Shown here one piece after another: positions 39,374-52,948 of a DNA stretch of 64,000 bases (position 1 is its first letter; each line of letters opens with the position of its first letter). The position numbers and the translations under genes were made by a program. Source of the stretch: Nocardioides sp. (GTDB lineage: Bacteria > Actinomycetota > Actinomycetes > Propionibacteriales > Nocardioidaceae); NCBI RefSeq assembly GCF_030149505.1, contig NZ_JASBRN010000072.1, positions 34,482 to 98,481 on the forward strand, written 5' to 3'. The notes beneath the pieces were generated by a model, which saw nothing but the letters and a program-made list of their open reading frames with translations, did not search any database and had not been told where the DNA came from.

Positions 39374-40156
39374 TCACCCGAGTCGGTCGGCGTGCATGGT
39401 CTGGCGCGCGCGCACGTCGGCGAGCCACGCGAGGTCGACGTCGGCGACCGCCAGCCCGGGCTCGGTCCCGAGCGCCGCGAGCTCATGGCCCTCGGGGTCG
39501 AGCACGCACGAGCCGCCGGTGATCGGCCGGTCCCCGCAGCGCCCCAGGGCGGCCCCGGCGACGACGTACATCCCGTTGTCGAGCGCCCGGGCGGGCAGCG
39601 AGACCTCGCGGCCGCGGGTCGAGCCCTCGAGGTAGGCCGTCGACACGGCGTACACCTCGGCGCCGGCGGCGGCGGCCGCCGCGGCGTGCTCGGGGAAGCG
39701 GCTGTCGTAGCAGATGGCCAGGCCGACGCGGACGCCCTCGACGTCGAGCACGCACGGCCGGTGCGGGCCGGGGGTGAACCAGCCGGTCTCGAGCCGGTCG
39801 ACGTGCTGCTTGTCGTACGCCGCCTCGACCGAACCGTCGGGGCGGACCACCACGGTGCTGAGCCGCATCCGGTCCCCGCGCAGCAGGGGCGTCGACACCA
39901 GCACCGTGCAGGAGACCTCCCGAGCGGCCCGACCCAGGGGCGCGAGAAGCTCGTCAAGCACCTCCACCCGCGGTCGGCCGCTGGCACGCACCTGGTCGAA
40001 GGCGTCCCAGTCGTAGCCGGTGAGGAAGGCCTCGGGCAGCACCAGCAGCCGCACGCCACGCTCCCCGGCGTCACGGGTGAGCCCGGCGGCCAGGGCCACG
40101 TTGGCCGCGAGGTCGCCGTTCACCGGGACCGCCTGCCCCGTCGCGACCCTCAGCAC
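39374..40156 (-). CDS. Carbon-nitrogen hydrolase (nitrilase superfamily)
   Basis: [10 protein letters not shown] (Glu), YDKQH (Lys), [10 protein letters not shown] (Cys); start trimmed to GTG 40156 because the upstream part is a repeat element. Confidence 0.9.
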   Translation of the reverse strand: MLRVATGQAVPVNGDLAANVALAAGLTRDAGERGVRLLVLPEAFLTGYDWDAFDQVRASGRPRVEVLDELLAPLGRAAREVSCTVLVSTPLLRGDRMRLSTVVVRPDGSVEAAYDKQHVDRLETGWFTPGPHRPCVLDVEGVRVGLAICYDSRFPEHAAAAAAAGAEVYAVSTAYLEGSTRGREVSLPARALDNGMYVVAGAALGRCGDRPITGGSCVLDPEGHELAALGTEPGLAVADVDLAWLADVRARQTMHADRLG

Positions 40157-40274
40157 CGCCGAGCCGTCACCTTCGAACCCTCGAGACGTCACTTCCGCGT
40201 CCACGGGGTATCGGGACCGGTCCGGCGCTGGACAGAACTGACGGGTCGGTGGTTCAGAAGTGACGGTTCGGCCA
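40156..40274. repeat. Second copy of the 22-nt-unit REP-like element
   Basis: CCGCCGAGCCGTCACCTTCGAA / CCCTCGAGACGTCACTTCC ... inverted GGTTCAGAAGTGACGGTTCGGC, the exact reverse complement of 22 nt in the 13033-13142 element. Confidence 0.75.
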
Positions 40275-40277
40275 TCG

Positions 40278-41384
40278 CTACTCGACGACGACCTCGACGC
40301 GCTGGAACTCCTTGCAGTCGGTGTAGCCAGTGGTGGCCATCGACCGCTTGAGGGCACCGATGAGGTTCATCGTGCCGTCGGCGACGCGGGAGGGGCCGAA
40401 GAGGATCTCCTCGATCGTGCCGACGGTGTCGAACTGGACCCGCTGGCCACGCGGCAGCTCGGGGTGGTGGGCCTCGGTGCCCCAGTGGAAGCCCCGGCCC
40501 GGGGCGTCGGTGGCGCGGGCGAAGGGAGAGCCGACCATGACCGCGTCGGCGCCGCAGGCGATCGCCTTGGCGATGTCGCCGGAGGTGCCGATCGAGCCGT
40601 CGGCGATGACGTGGACGTAGCGGCCGCCGGACTCGTCGAGGTAGTCGCGGCGGGCGGCGGCGACGTCGGCCACCGCGGAGGCCATGGGTACGGCGACGCC
40701 GAGCACGGTCCGCGTGGTGTGGGCCGCTCCCCCGCCGAACCCGACGAGCACGCCGGCGGCACCGGTGCGCATGAGGTGCAGCGCCGCGGTGTGGGTCGCG
40801 CAGCCGCCGACGATGACCGGGACGTCGAGCTCGTAGATGAACTCCTTGAGGTTCAGCGGCTCGGCCTGGCTGGAGACGTGCTCGGCGGAGACGGTCGTGC
40901 CGCGGATGACGAACATGTCCACGCCGGCGTCGACGACGGCCTTGGCGAACTCCTTGGTGCGCTGGGGCGACAGCGACCCGGCGACGGTGACGCCCGCGGC
41001 GCGCATCTCGCGCAGCCGCTCGGTGATGAGGTCGGGCTTGATCGCCTCGGTGTAGATCTCCTGCATCCGGCGGGTGGCCTCGGTGCCGGTGAGCGCGGCG
41101 ACCTCCTCCAGCAGCGGCTCGGGGTCCTCGTAGCGGGTCCAGAGGCCCTCGAGGTTGAGCACGCCGAGGCCGCCGAAGCGACCCATCGCGATGGCGGTGC
41201 TGGGCGACATCACCGAGTCCATCGGCGCGGCGATCACGGGCAGGTCGAAGCGGTAGGCGTCGATCTGCCAGTGCGTGCTGACCTCCTCCGGGTCACGGGT
41301 GCGCCGGGACGGCACGATCGCGACGTCGTCGAAGGAGTACGCACGCCGGGCGCGCTTGGCCTGGCCGATCTGGATCTCGGTCAC
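40278..41384 (-). CDS. guaB3: GuaB3-family IMP dehydrogenase-related protein
   Basis: IEIG..KRARRAYSFDDVAIVPSRRTRDPEEVS, GFGGGAAHTTR, HVIADG, MATTGY. Confidence 0.93.
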   Translation of the reverse strand: MTEIQIGQAKRARRAYSFDDVAIVPSRRTRDPEEVSTHWQIDAYRFDLPVIAAPMDSVMSPSTAIAMGRFGGLGVLNLEGLWTRYEDPEPLLEEVAALTGTEATRRMQEIYTEAIKPDLITERLREMRAAGVTVAGSLSPQRTKEFAKAVVDAGVDMFVIRGTTVSAEHVSSQAEPLNLKEFIYELDVPVIVGGCATHTAALHLMRTGAAGVLVGFGGGAAHTTRTVLGVAVPMASAVADVAAARRDYLDESGGRYVHVIADGSIGTSGDIAKAIACGADAVMVGSPFARATDAPGRGFHWGTEAHHPELPRGQRVQFDTVGTIEEILFGPSRVADGTMNLIGALKRSMATTGYTDCKEFQRVEVVVE

Positions 41385-41464
41385 CGGAGCAGGTTATCGG
41401 CTGCGCTCTTCCGCCGTCGCCGCGGACGGAGCAGGATGCGAAGCCCGACCTCCGAGGAGCGACC

Positions 41465-43561
41465 GTGCGACTGCTGACCCTCGCCCTGACCCTCGCCCTC
41501 ACCCTCTCGGCGAGCCTCATGCTGGCGCCCGTCCCCGCCGCCCACGCGGCCACGACCTACACGTGGCAGGGCACCGAGAGCAACGACTGGGGCAACCGGA
41601 AGAACTGGCAGCCCGAGGGCGTGCCGCAGAACGGCGACTCGGTGGAACTGGGTCCCGGCCCGCGTCCGACCATCACCGGCGTCCGCGACGTCACCCTCGC
41701 CAGCCTCAAGGTCACCGGTTCCGACGCCGGCCTGGTCTCGATGTCCGGCGACGCGACGGTGACGGTCGGCAACCTGCAGTGGCAGGGCGGCGACATCAAC
41801 GTCGGGCTGACGATCTCGGCCCCGCCCTTCGACCCGCAGCCGTCCTTCATCGCGCGCCAGGAGGTGCCGATGCGCTTCGGCGGTGCGCCCGACCAGACCC
41901 TGACGGTGCTCAGCAGCCTGTCCCTGCTCACCGGGCCGATCGGTGGCGACGACCCCTGGCTCACCCTCACCAACGACGCCGACATCCGGGTCGCGAGCAC
42001 CGGCACGTTGCTGCTCGACCCCGGGGCCGAGATCCTCGGCAGCCGCTGCTGCACCGCCGGCACCTCCACGATCACCGTCGACGGGAAGCTGGAGGTCTAC
42101 TCCGTCACCGGCGCGACCGGTTTCGTCGCCGACCTGCGCGAGGTCGGCCTCGACCTCGCTGGCGACGTGACGGTGCCGCCGGGGAACACGCTGCGGATCA
42201 CCGGCGGCCCTGTCCGGGTCGGGGGTGACACCGTCGCGGGCACGGTGGGCGACGCCACGATCGGCGGCGGAGGCGTCGTCGACGTCGCGGAGACCGAGGG
42301 CCCGTCGTACGACCCGGCGAACCCGCGGCGACCGGACAACTCGATGAAGTTCCTCGACGACGGCGAGGAGCTGACGCTGCGCGACGACACCGTGCTGCGT
42401 CTCGGGCCCGCCAGCGAGGTCTCCGGCGTCGGCAGCATCGTGGGCGACGGCTCCGTCCGTCTGGCAGGTACGACGGTGCAGGGGCGCCTCACGATCGCCG
42501 ACGGCGTCTCCGCCAGCACCGAGGCCGGCACCCGCACGACCCTCGACCCCGACGGGTCGCGCCCGAACGTGACCGGTGTGCTCGTCCCCGAGGGCGACCT
42601 GCGCCTGGACCCGGGTTCCACGCTGCGGGTGCTCGGGGGCGGCGGGCGGCTCGCCGTGCCCGATGACGCGACCCTCGAGGTGCCGGCTGGGTCGGTGCTC
42701 GACTCCGGGGGCTGCTGCGTCGACACCGGGCGGGTCACGCTGGCCCCGGACGCGCGGATGGTGGTCGGTCGGGACACGGGCGGGGGCGACGGCGACCCCG
42801 CGGTGCTGCGCTGGGTCGAGCTGGGCGGCAACGGCACGATCGAGCACACCGGGGCCTCGACCTGGGACGTGCCGCCCACAGCCTTCACCAGCGGCGCCCG
42901 GATCACGGGCGAGGGCACGATCACCGGCGACCTCCCGGCCGGGCCGTCCGAGGTGCGCCCCACCGGCGTGCTGACCGTCGACGGCGATCTGACCACCAAC
43001 CCGGCCGGCAGCTACCGCCCCGAGCTCGACATCCGCCGCGACGTGCTGCTGGCCCCGAGACGGCTGGTCGTCACCGGCACCGCGGCGCTGTCCGGGCGGC
43101 TGCGACCCATCGGCGACACCACCTACCCCGCAGGACGTCGCGTGGTGGTGCTGGAGGCCGGGCGGGTCACCGGCGGCTTCCGCTGCGCGGTCGCGGGCGG
43201 CACGCTCATGGACCAGCGGGCCACGGACGTGGGACTGGTCGGCATCCGCGCCCGGGTCTCCGACTGCCTGGCGCCGGCCCCGGCGGCGCTGCCCACCGAA
43301 CGGGTCCGTGGCGGGGTGCGGGCGGACCTGCAGCCGCCGGCCGGTGCGACCGGGGTCCTCGTGGAGGTGGCACTGTCGCGGGTGCGGCGCGCCACCACGA
43401 TGCGGCTGGACGCCGGCCGGGGCACGGTCCGGGTGCAGGTGCCGCGCGGCTCCTCGACCCGGCTGCTGGAGGTGCCGATCGCGACCGGCGAGGACCTCAC
43501 CGTCCGGCTCGGCGCCTCCGGTCGGATCCGGCTGGAGCAGGTCGGCTGGGTCAGCCCCTGA
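41465..43561 (+). CDS. Large secreted beta-rich protein with autotransporter-passenger-like features
   Basis: GAGGAG SD, signal peptide (AHA), TYTWQG..NDWG...NWQPEGVPQNGD, Gly/Thr/Val-rich repeats, LVVTGTAALSGRL. Confidence 0.75.
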   Translation: MRLLTLALTLALTLSASLMLAPVPAAHAATTYTWQGTESNDWGNRKNWQPEGVPQNGDSVELGPGPRPTITGVRDVTLASLKVTGSDAGLVSMSGDATVTVGNLQWQGGDINVGLTISAPPFDPQPSFIARQEVPMRFGGAPDQTLTVLSSLSLLTGPIGGDDPWLTLTNDADIRVASTGTLLLDPGAEILGSRCCTAGTSTITVDGKLEVYSVTGATGFVADLREVGLDLAGDVTVPPGNTLRITGGPVRVGGDTVAGTVGDATIGGGGVVDVAETEGPSYDPANPRRPDNSMKFLDDGEELTLRDDTVLRLGPASEVSGVGSIVGDGSVRLAGTTVQGRLTIADGVSASTEAGTRTTLDPDGSRPNVTGVLVPEGDLRLDPGSTLRVLGGGGRLAVPDDATLEVPAGSVLDSGGCCVDTGRVTLAPDARMVVGRDTGGGDGDPAVLRWVELGGNGTIEHTGASTWDVPPTAFTSGARITGEGTITGDLPAGPSEVRPTGVLTVDGDLTTNPAGSYRPELDIRRDVLLAPRRLVVTGTAALSGRLRPIGDTTYPAGRRVVVLEAGRVTGGFRCAVAGGTLMDQRATDVGLVGIRARVSDCLAPAPAALPTERVRGGVRADLQPPAGATGVLVEVALSRVRRATTMRLDAGRGTVRVQVPRGSSTRLLEVPIATGEDLTVRLGASGRIRLEQVGWVSP

Positions 43562-43579
43562 GGCCCTCGGCCCCGGGCG

Positions 43580-45091
<1,512 letters not shown>

Positions 45092-46027
45092 CTACGGTCG
45101 GGCGAGCGGCCTCAGGTCACGGACCGGCACCCGCACGGTCAGCCGGTCCCCGGCCATCCGGATGCGACCTCGCATGCCGGCCGAGAGCACCATCGGCAGC
45201 ACCGCCTGGTTGTCGGCCTGGGTCTCCAGCACGACGTCCGTGGCACCGATCGTGTGCGCCAGCCGGCACACGTCGCCCAGCAGCCGGGTCCCGATGCCGC
45301 GACGCTGCCAGGCGGCGTCCACCCTCAGCGTGACCGGCCGCACGACCGCGCCCTCGTCGTCGGGACCGGGCGGCACCGGGGCGTGCACGGTCGCGAGCCC
45401 CACGACCGCCCCGTCGACGACGGCGCGGACCACGTCCCCGTCCACGACGTACGACGGCACCGACCCGACGCCGAGCCGCCGGTTGCCCGCCGGGGCGACC
45501 GGCGGTGGCGCCGGGGTCGCGCTGCGGCGCAGCACGTCGCTGACCAGGTCAGCGAGAGCCGCGCCACGCACCCGCTCCACGTCGGTGAAGGGCACCGCCC
45601 GGCGCACCTGCACCTGCACGTCGCCGACGGTCACCTCCAGGGCGTCGAGGACCCGGTCCTCCGGCGCGCCGGCGGGCGCGGGCTCGGACACGGCGTCGAA
45701 GAGCTGCGCGACGACCTCGGGGAACGCCTGCGGTCGTTGAAGGATCCGCCGCGCGGCCGCGACGTAGCGCGCCGGTTGGTCGGTGAGGGCCTCGGCCGTG
45801 CAGGGCAGGGCAGCGAGGTGTCGCCAGCCCGCCGACTCCACCAGCAGGGCCACCTCCGCCACCCCCCAGCCCTCAGGGGTCTCGACCACCAGCTCGTCGG
45901 TGACGGCGTCGACACCGGGGAACACCTGCACCGCACGGATGTCCACGCCCCGCTCCGCGCACTCGCGTGCGAGGTCGGCGAGGCCGCCGGGCCGGTCGGG
46001 CAGGCTGGCGCGCACTCTCCACAACAT
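45092..46027 (-). CDS. ACT-domain plus GNAT acetyltransferase fusion
   Basis: N-term LPDRPGGLADLA..CAERGVDI ACT; C-term VDAAWQRRGIGTRLL acetyl-CoA motif. Confidence 0.85.
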   Translation of the reverse strand: MLWRVRASLPDRPGGLADLARECAERGVDIRAVQVFPGVDAVTDELVVETPEGWGVAEVALLVESAGWRHLAALPCTAEALTDQPARYVAAARRILQRPQAFPEVVAQLFDAVSEPAPAGAPEDRVLDALEVTVGDVQVQVRRAVPFTDVERVRGAALADLVSDVLRRSATPAPPPVAPAGNRRLGVGSVPSYVVDGDVVRAVVDGAVVGLATVHAPVPPGPDDEGAVVRPVTLRVDAAWQRRGIGTRLLGDVCRLAHTIGATDVVLETQADNQAVLPMVLSAGMRGRIRMAGDRLTVRVPVRDLRPLARP

Positions 46028-46141
46028 GCGGCCCATGGCAGCAGGCTCGTGTTTCGCGGTTGTTGCAGCGAGGTGACCCGGGCGACCGCGCGCCCGCCCG
46101 GGGACCACTGGTCGCTGCCAGGAGGTGGCACGCTGAGCGCC

Positions 46142-47692
46142 GTGTGGAGCAGCGGGTCCTGGCGGGGGCGGGTGAGCAGGGCGGTCGAGGACCGTCGGGC
46201 GCCGCTGGTGCTGGCCCTCGTGGCGGTGCTGCTGCGCCTGGCGACCCTGGGCCGACCGCCCGGGCCCGACGAGGCGGGCCTGCTCCTGGTCGCCCGGTCG
46301 TGGGCCCCCTCCGCCGAGGAGCTCTACGGCCCGTTCTTCGTGGACCGTCCGCCCCTGCTGCTGGCACTCTTCCGGCTGGGGGACGCCCTGGGCGGCCTCG
46401 CCGGCACCCGGGTGTTGACCGCGCTGGCCTGCGGGGTCACCGTCCTCCTGGCGGCGTACGCCGGCAGGTCGGTCGCCGGCGAGCGGGCTGCCGGCTGGGC
46501 GGCCCTCGCAGCCGCGGCGACCTGCACGAACCCGCTCATCGCCGTCGGCACGGCCATGCCCGAGCTGCTCGGGCTCCCGCTGGTGCTGGGCGCAGTCGTG
46601 CTGGCCCTGTGCTCGGTCCGGCAGCGGCGGGAACACCGGTGGCGCGCCGTGGCCCTGGCGGGTGCGGCGGGCATCAGCGGGGCCAGCGCCGTGTGCGTCA
46701 AGCAGAGCCTGGGCGGCGGCCTGGTCTTCACCGGGGTGCTGCTGGTCGCGGCGACCGTGCTGGGCCGGCTGGGACCGCGCCGGCTCGTCGCGACCGTCCT
46801 GGCCGCCGGCGCCGGCGCGGCCGTGCCGGTGCTCGCCTGCCTGGGGTGGGCGGTGGCGGCCGGGGTCGAGCCGGGGACCCTGTGGTACGCCGTGGCCACC
46901 TTCCGCGAGGACGCCTCCGTCGTGCTGGCAACCCAGCCGGCCGCGGCGCCCCTGGGTCGCGCCGGAGTGCTGGTGCTGGCCGCGGTGGCGACCGGGCTCG
47001 TGCTGGTCGTCGGGGGCTTCGTCGTGCACGCCCAGGGCGAGTGGAGCGACGACCCGACGCTCACGTCCGCGGTTGCGGCGATGCTGGCCGCCGACCTCGC
47101 CGCGCTCGTGGTGAGTGGCAGCTACTGGCGCGACTACCTCTTCGCGCTGGTGCCCTCCACGGCCCTCGCGGCCGCCCTCCTGGCCCGGCGTCGACCCGCC
47201 CGACGGGGCACGGCCATGCGCGGGGCCGTGACGTTCACCGCGCTCTCGACCGTCGTCGGGCTGGTCGGGTGGGCGCTCCTCCAGGTCAGCGGGGCGCAGG
47301 GCTACCCCGAGCGCGACACCGCCCGTGCCCTGCGGGAAGCGTCCGCACCCGGTGACACCCTGACGGTCTTCGGGGGTCGGGCGCACCTGCAGCTGGGCAG
47401 CGGGCTGGACTCGCCCTACCCGCACCTGTGGTCACTGCCCATGCGCACCCTGGACCCCGACCTCGAGCAGCTGCGTCGCCTGGTGGACGGGGAGGGGCGC
47501 CCGACGTGGCTGGTGGAGTGGGTCGACTTCACGACCTGGACTCCGGCCGCCGGGACGCTGCTCGCGGACGCCGTCGCCGAGCACTACGAGCGGGCCGGGA
47601 CCACCTGCGACGGGCACCCGGTCTGGCTGGCGCGCGGCACCGACCGGCCCGCCGTCGTACCCGACTGCGGGGGGTGGGCGGACCTCGGATGA
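46142..47692 (+). CDS. GT-C (ArnT/PMT-like) membrane glycosyltransferase
   Basis: PGPDEAG, DRPPLL, about 11 TMs, SYWRDYL, C-terminal PYPHLWSLPMR; start approximate. Confidence 0.7.
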   Translation: MWSSGSWRGRVSRAVEDRRAPLVLALVAVLLRLATLGRPPGPDEAGLLLVARSWAPSAEELYGPFFVDRPPLLLALFRLGDALGGLAGTRVLTALACGVTVLLAAYAGRSVAGERAAGWAALAAAATCTNPLIAVGTAMPELLGLPLVLGAVVLALCSVRQRREHRWRAVALAGAAGISGASAVCVKQSLGGGLVFTGVLLVAATVLGRLGPRRLVATVLAAGAGAAVPVLACLGWAVAAGVEPGTLWYAVATFREDASVVLATQPAAAPLGRAGVLVLAAVATGLVLVVGGFVVHAQGEWSDDPTLTSAVAAMLAADLAALVVSGSYWRDYLFALVPSTALAAALLARRRPARRGTAMRGAVTFTALSTVVGLVGWALLQVSGAQGYPERDTARALREASAPGDTLTVFGGRAHLQLGSGLDSPYPHLWSLPMRTLDPDLEQLRRLVDGEGRPTWLVEWVDFTTWTPAAGTLLADAVAEHYERAGTTCDGHPVWLARGTDRPAVVPDCGGWADLG

Positions 47693-47693
47693 G

Positions 47694-47730
47694 GACGACC
47701 CCCGCCGGACCAGGTCCGACGGGGGTCGTC
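47694..47730. terminator. Bidirectional hairpin terminator after groEL1
   Basis: GACGACCCCCG / CGGGGGTCGTC with inner CGGAC/GTCCG. Confidence 0.7.
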
Positions 47731-47747
47731 TCGAGGAGCTGAGGCGG

Positions 47748-49403
<1,656 letters not shown>

Positions 49404-49429
49404 TCAGGGCACGGACGGGGAAAGCAGAT

Positions 49430-49473
49430 CGGGTCGTGCGCCGGCGCCCGTCGGGACACAGGCGCACGACCCG
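49430..49473 (-). other. Intercistronic hairpin between groES and groEL1
   Basis: 13-bp stem CGGGTCGTGCGCC / GGCGCACGACCCG. Confidence 0.55.
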
Positions 49474-49493
49474 GGGTCAGCCGAAGGGGTTGG

Positions 49494-49790
49494 TCAGCCG
49501 ACGATGGCGAGCACGTCGCGGGCCGAGAGGATGAGGAACTCGTCCCCGCCGTACTTGACCTCGGTGCCGCCGTACTTGCTGTAGATGACCTTGTCGCCCA
49601 CGGAGACGTCCATGGGGATGCGCTCGTCGCCGTCCTCGTTGAAGCGGCCCGGGCCCACGGCCACGACCTCGCCCTCCTGGGGCTTCTCCTTGGCGGTGTC
49701 CGGGATGACCAGGCCGGAGGCCGTGGTCTGCTCGGCGTCGAGCGGCTTGACGACGATCCGGTCCTCGAGGGGCTTGATGTTGACCGACAC
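49494..49790 (-). CDS. groS: Co-chaperonin GroES
   Basis: [36 protein letters not shown]. Confidence 0.99.
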   Translation of the reverse strand: MSVNIKPLEDRIVVKPLDAEQTTASGLVIPDTAKEKPQEGEVVAVGPGRFNEDGDERIPMDVSVGDKVIYSKYGGTEVKYGGDEFLILSARDVLAIVG

Positions 49791-49883
49791 TGTTGTCGAC
49801 CTCCACTTTCTGCACGGTGGGTTCACGAACGTGGGTGCCGCCTGCGGGGGTGCGCCGTCGCGGGGGCCGCACCGGTGCAAGCG

Positions 49884-49945
49884 CTGGCACACTCGGGTCG
49901 AGAGTGCCAAGGCAGAAACTAGCACTCACCCCCAGCGAGTGCCAG
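49884..49945. promoter_or_regulatory. Two tandem CIRCE (HrcA) elements
   Basis: CTGGCACAC-N9-GAGTGCCAA (49884-910) and CTAGCACTC-N9-GAGTGCCAG (49919-945) versus TTAGCACTC-N9-GAGTGCTAA. Confidence 0.9.
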
Positions 49946-50001
49946 GGGAGGCCCTCCCCCGTCCAGCCAGGTCCGGGCTCGGACCTGGGAGGATCGCCCC
50001 C

Positions 50002-51171
50002 GTGGACCTCGAGGCCTTCCGGTGGCTGCTGACCGACGACGGGCAGGCGCTCCTCGCCGAGGCGGAGGGGTACGCCGACGTCGACCCGCTGGCGGCGCAG
50101 ACCCGGCTGCGGCGTACCGCCTCGGCCGAGCACGCGGCCGCGGCCCTCACCCAGGTCAGCCTGCGTCGGCGGGCCGAGCCGAAGTTCGGCGACCTGGCCG
50201 CCCGGCTGTACTTCACCCCCGACGGGCTGGAGCAGGCCACCCGCCCGGCCGTGGCCCGGCACCGTGCGGCCCGGCTGCAGGCCTTCGAGGCCCGCAGCCT
50301 GGTCGACCTGGGGTGCGGCATCGGTGGCGACCTGCTCGCGGCCGCCGAGGTCGGGATCGTGTGCGCGGGGGTCGACCTGGACCCGGTGCGGGTGGCCGTC
50401 GCCGAGGCCAACCTGGCCGCGCTCGGGCTGCCTGGTGCGGTGATGGTGGCCGACGCGACCGAGGTCGACACCACGCCGTTCGACGTCGCCTTCGCCGACC
50501 CCGCGCGCCGCTCGGCCCGCGGGCGGAGCTTCTCGGTCGACGACTGGACGCCGCCGTGGTCCTTCGTCGCGGGGCTGCTGCGCCGGGACTCCTGCGTCAA
50601 GGTCGCCCCCGGCATCCTGCACGACCTGGTTCCGCCCGGCGTCGAGGCCGAGTGGGTCAGCGACCACGGCGAGGTCAAGGAGGCAGCCCTGTGGGCGGGC
50701 TCCCTGGCGACCTGCGCGCGGCGCGCGACCGTGATCGGCCGCGGCGGGCTGGCCACCCTCACCGACGAGGACGACCCCGGCGCGGCCGCCGTCGGCACCG
50801 GACCGGTCGGCGCCTACCTCTACGAACCCGACGGGGCGGTGATCCGCGCCGGCCTGGTCACGGCGGTCGCCGCGGGGGTGGGCGGGTGGCTGCCGGACGA
50901 GCACCTGGCCTACGTCAGCAGCGACGCGGCGTACCGCTCCCCCTTCGCGCGGGGCTACCGCGTGCGCGAGGAGCTGCCCTACCGCGAGAAGCAGCTCAAG
51001 GCCGCGCTGCGCGAGCGCGGGATCGGCCGGCTGACGATCAAGAAGCGCGGCGTCGACGTGGTCCCCGAGGAGCTGCGCAAGCGGCTGGCGCTCTCCGGCG
51101 ACGACGAGGCCACCCTGGTCATGACCAGGGTGGCCGGTGCCGGCACGGCGCTGCTCGTCGACCCGCTCTGA
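50002..51171 (+). CDS. Class I SAM-dependent methyltransferase with THUMP-like C-terminus
   Basis: LYFTPDGLEQATR, VDLGCGIGGD, FADPARR, YLYEPDGAVIRAG. Confidence 0.88.
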   Translation: MDLEAFRWLLTDDGQALLAEAEGYADVDPLAAQTRLRRTASAEHAAAALTQVSLRRRAEPKFGDLAARLYFTPDGLEQATRPAVARHRAARLQAFEARSLVDLGCGIGGDLLAAAEVGIVCAGVDLDPVRVAVAEANLAALGLPGAVMVADATEVDTTPFDVAFADPARRSARGRSFSVDDWTPPWSFVAGLLRRDSCVKVAPGILHDLVPPGVEAEWVSDHGEVKEAALWAGSLATCARRATVIGRGGLATLTDEDDPGAAAVGTGPVGAYLYEPDGAVIRAGLVTAVAAGVGGWLPDEHLAYVSSDAAYRSPFARGYRVREELPYREKQLKAALRERGIGRLTIKKRGVDVVPEELRKRLALSGDDEATLVMTRVAGAGTALLVDPL

Positions 51172-51176
51172 ACGGG

Positions 51177-51220
51177 TCGTGCCCCCCAGCGTGCGTCGGT
51201 GCGCACGCTGGGGGGCACGA
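51177..51220. terminator. Bidirectional hairpin terminator
   Basis: Perfect 19-bp stem between convergent genes. Confidence 0.75.
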
Positions 51221-51227
51221 GTCGACC

Positions 51228-51848
51228 TCAGCCCAGCAGGGCCTTCTCGGCGCCGATGGTGGTGTCGTCGCCGTGGCCGGTGTGCACGACGGTGTCGTCG
51301 GGCAGCTGCCACAGGTTCGCGCGGATCGAGGCCTCGAGGGTGGGGCGGTCGCTGAAGGAGCGGCCGGTCGCGCCGGGGCCGCCCTGGAACAGGGTGTCGC
51401 CGGTGAAGACGACCCCGAGCGCGGGCGCGTGGAAGCAGACCGCCCCCGGGGCGTGGCCCGGAGTGTGGATCGCCCGCAGCGTGGTGCCGCCGACCTGCAC
51501 CTCGAAGCCGTCGGCGAGGTCGACGTCCCACAGGTGGTCGGTGTGGGTGAGCTCCCACAGCGGCTTCTCCGCCGGGTGCAGCATGATCGGCGCACCCTGC
51601 CCACCGTTGGCGCGCTCGCGCAGCGCCGGCGCGACGCGGCAGTGGTCGTCGTGGGCGTGGGTCAGCAGGATCGCCCGGACGCTGCGCTCCCCCACCACGG
51701 CCATGATCGCCTCGACGTCGTGCGGCGCGTCGATGACCACGCATTCCTTCTCGTCACCGACGACCCAGATGTTGTTGTCCACCTCGTGGGTCTCCCCGTC
51801 CAGGGAGAAGGTGCCGGAGACGACCGCGTGGTCGATGCGTGCCGTCAT
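51228..51848 (-). CDS. MBL-fold metallo-hydrolase, partner of MscR
   Basis: THAHDDH, TPGHAPG, TGDTLF, HTGHG; TGATG overlap with mscR. Confidence 0.92.
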   Translation of the reverse strand: MTARIDHAVVSGTFSLDGETHEVDNNIWVVGDEKECVVIDAPHDVEAIMAVVGERSVRAILLTHAHDDHCRVAPALRERANGGQGAPIMLHPAEKPLWELTHTDHLWDVDLADGFEVQVGGTTLRAIHTPGHAPGAVCFHAPALGVVFTGDTLFQGGPGATGRSFSDRPTLEASIRANLWQLPDDTVVHTGHGDDTTIGAEKALLG

Positions 51849-52948
51849 CAGAGGACCACGACCGAGCGCAGCACGCCGCCGTGGTGCATCGTCTCGAAGG
51901 CCGCCTCGACGGCGTCGAGCCCGATCTCCTCGGTGACGAACGCGTCGAGGTCGAGCCGGCCCTGGCGGTAGAGGTCGACGAGCATCGGGAAGTCCCGGGA
52001 GGGCAGACAGTCGCCGTACCAGCTGGACTTCAGCGAGCCGCCACGGCCGAAGACGTCGATCAGCGGGATCTCGGGGATCTTCATGTCCGGGGTCGGCACG
52101 CCGACCAGGACCACGGTGCCGGCCAGGTCGCGGGCGTAGAACGCCTGCTTCCAGGTCTCCGGACGACCCACGGCCTCGACCACGACGTCGGCGCCGTCGG
52201 CACCGTCGTAGTACCGCGCGCAGATCTCCTTGACCGCCTCGACCGGGTCGGTGGTGCTGGAGTCGACGGTGTGGGTGGCGCCGAGCTGCTTGGCCTTCTC
52301 CAGCTTCTTGGCGTCGATGTCGATGGCGATGATCGGGCTGGAGCCGGCGAGCGCCGCGCCGGCGACCGCTGCCACGCCGACACCACCGCAGCCGATGACG
52401 GCCACGCTGCGACCGCGGGTCGCACCACCGGTGTTGATGGCGGCACCGAGGCCGGCCATCACGCCGCAGCCGAGCAGACCGACCGCGGCCGGGCGGGCCT
52501 CGGGGTCGACCTTCGTGCACTGACCGGCGGCGACCAGGGTCTTCTCGGCGAAGGCGCCGATGCCCAGCGCCGGGGACAGCTCCGTGCCGTCCTCCAACGT
52601 CATCTTCTGCTTCGCGTTGTGGGTGGCGAAGCAGTACTGCGCCTCCCCGCGCTTGCACGCCCGGCACTGGCCGCAGACCGCACGCCAGTTCAGCACCACG
52701 AAGTCACCCGGCGCCACCTCGGTCACGCCCTCGCCGACGGCCTCCACCACGCCCGCGGCCTCGTGGCCGAGCAGGAAGGGGAAGTCGTCGTTGATGCCGC
52801 CCTCGCGGTAGTGCAGGTCTGTGTGGCAGACCCCGCAGGACTGCACCTTCACGACCGCCTCGCCCGGACCCGGGTCCGGGACATTGATGGTGACGACCTC
52901 GACGGGGGCGCCCTTGCTCATGGCCACGACGGCCTTCACCTGCTGCAT
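51848..52948 (-). CDS. mscR: S-(hydroxymethyl)mycothiol dehydrogenase / S-nitrosomycothiol reductase
   Basis: [50 protein letters not shown]. Confidence 0.93.
   Translation of the reverse strand: MQQVKAVVAMSKGAPVEVVTINVPDPGPGEAVVKVQSCGVCHTDLHYREGGINDDFPFLLGHEAAGVVEAVGEGVTEVAPGDFVVLNWRAVCGQCRACKRGEAQYCFATHNAKQKMTLEDGTELSPALGIGAFAEKTLVAAGQCTKVDPEARPAAVGLLGCGVMAGLGAAINTGGATRGRSVAVIGCGGVGVAAVAGAALAGSSPIIAIDIDAKKLEKAKQLGATHTVDSSTTDPVEAVKEICARYYDGADGADVVVEAVGRPETWKQAFYARDLAGTVVLVGVPTPDMKIPEIPLIDVFGRGGSLKSSWYGDCLPSRDFPMLVDLYRQGRLDLDAFVTEEIGLDAVEAAFETMHHGGVLRSVVVL

Noticed and set aside
40157-40357. N-terminal extension of the carbon-nitrogen hydrolase ORF
   Set aside because: Overlaps guaB3 and the repeat element; nitrilase homology starts at VLRVATGQ
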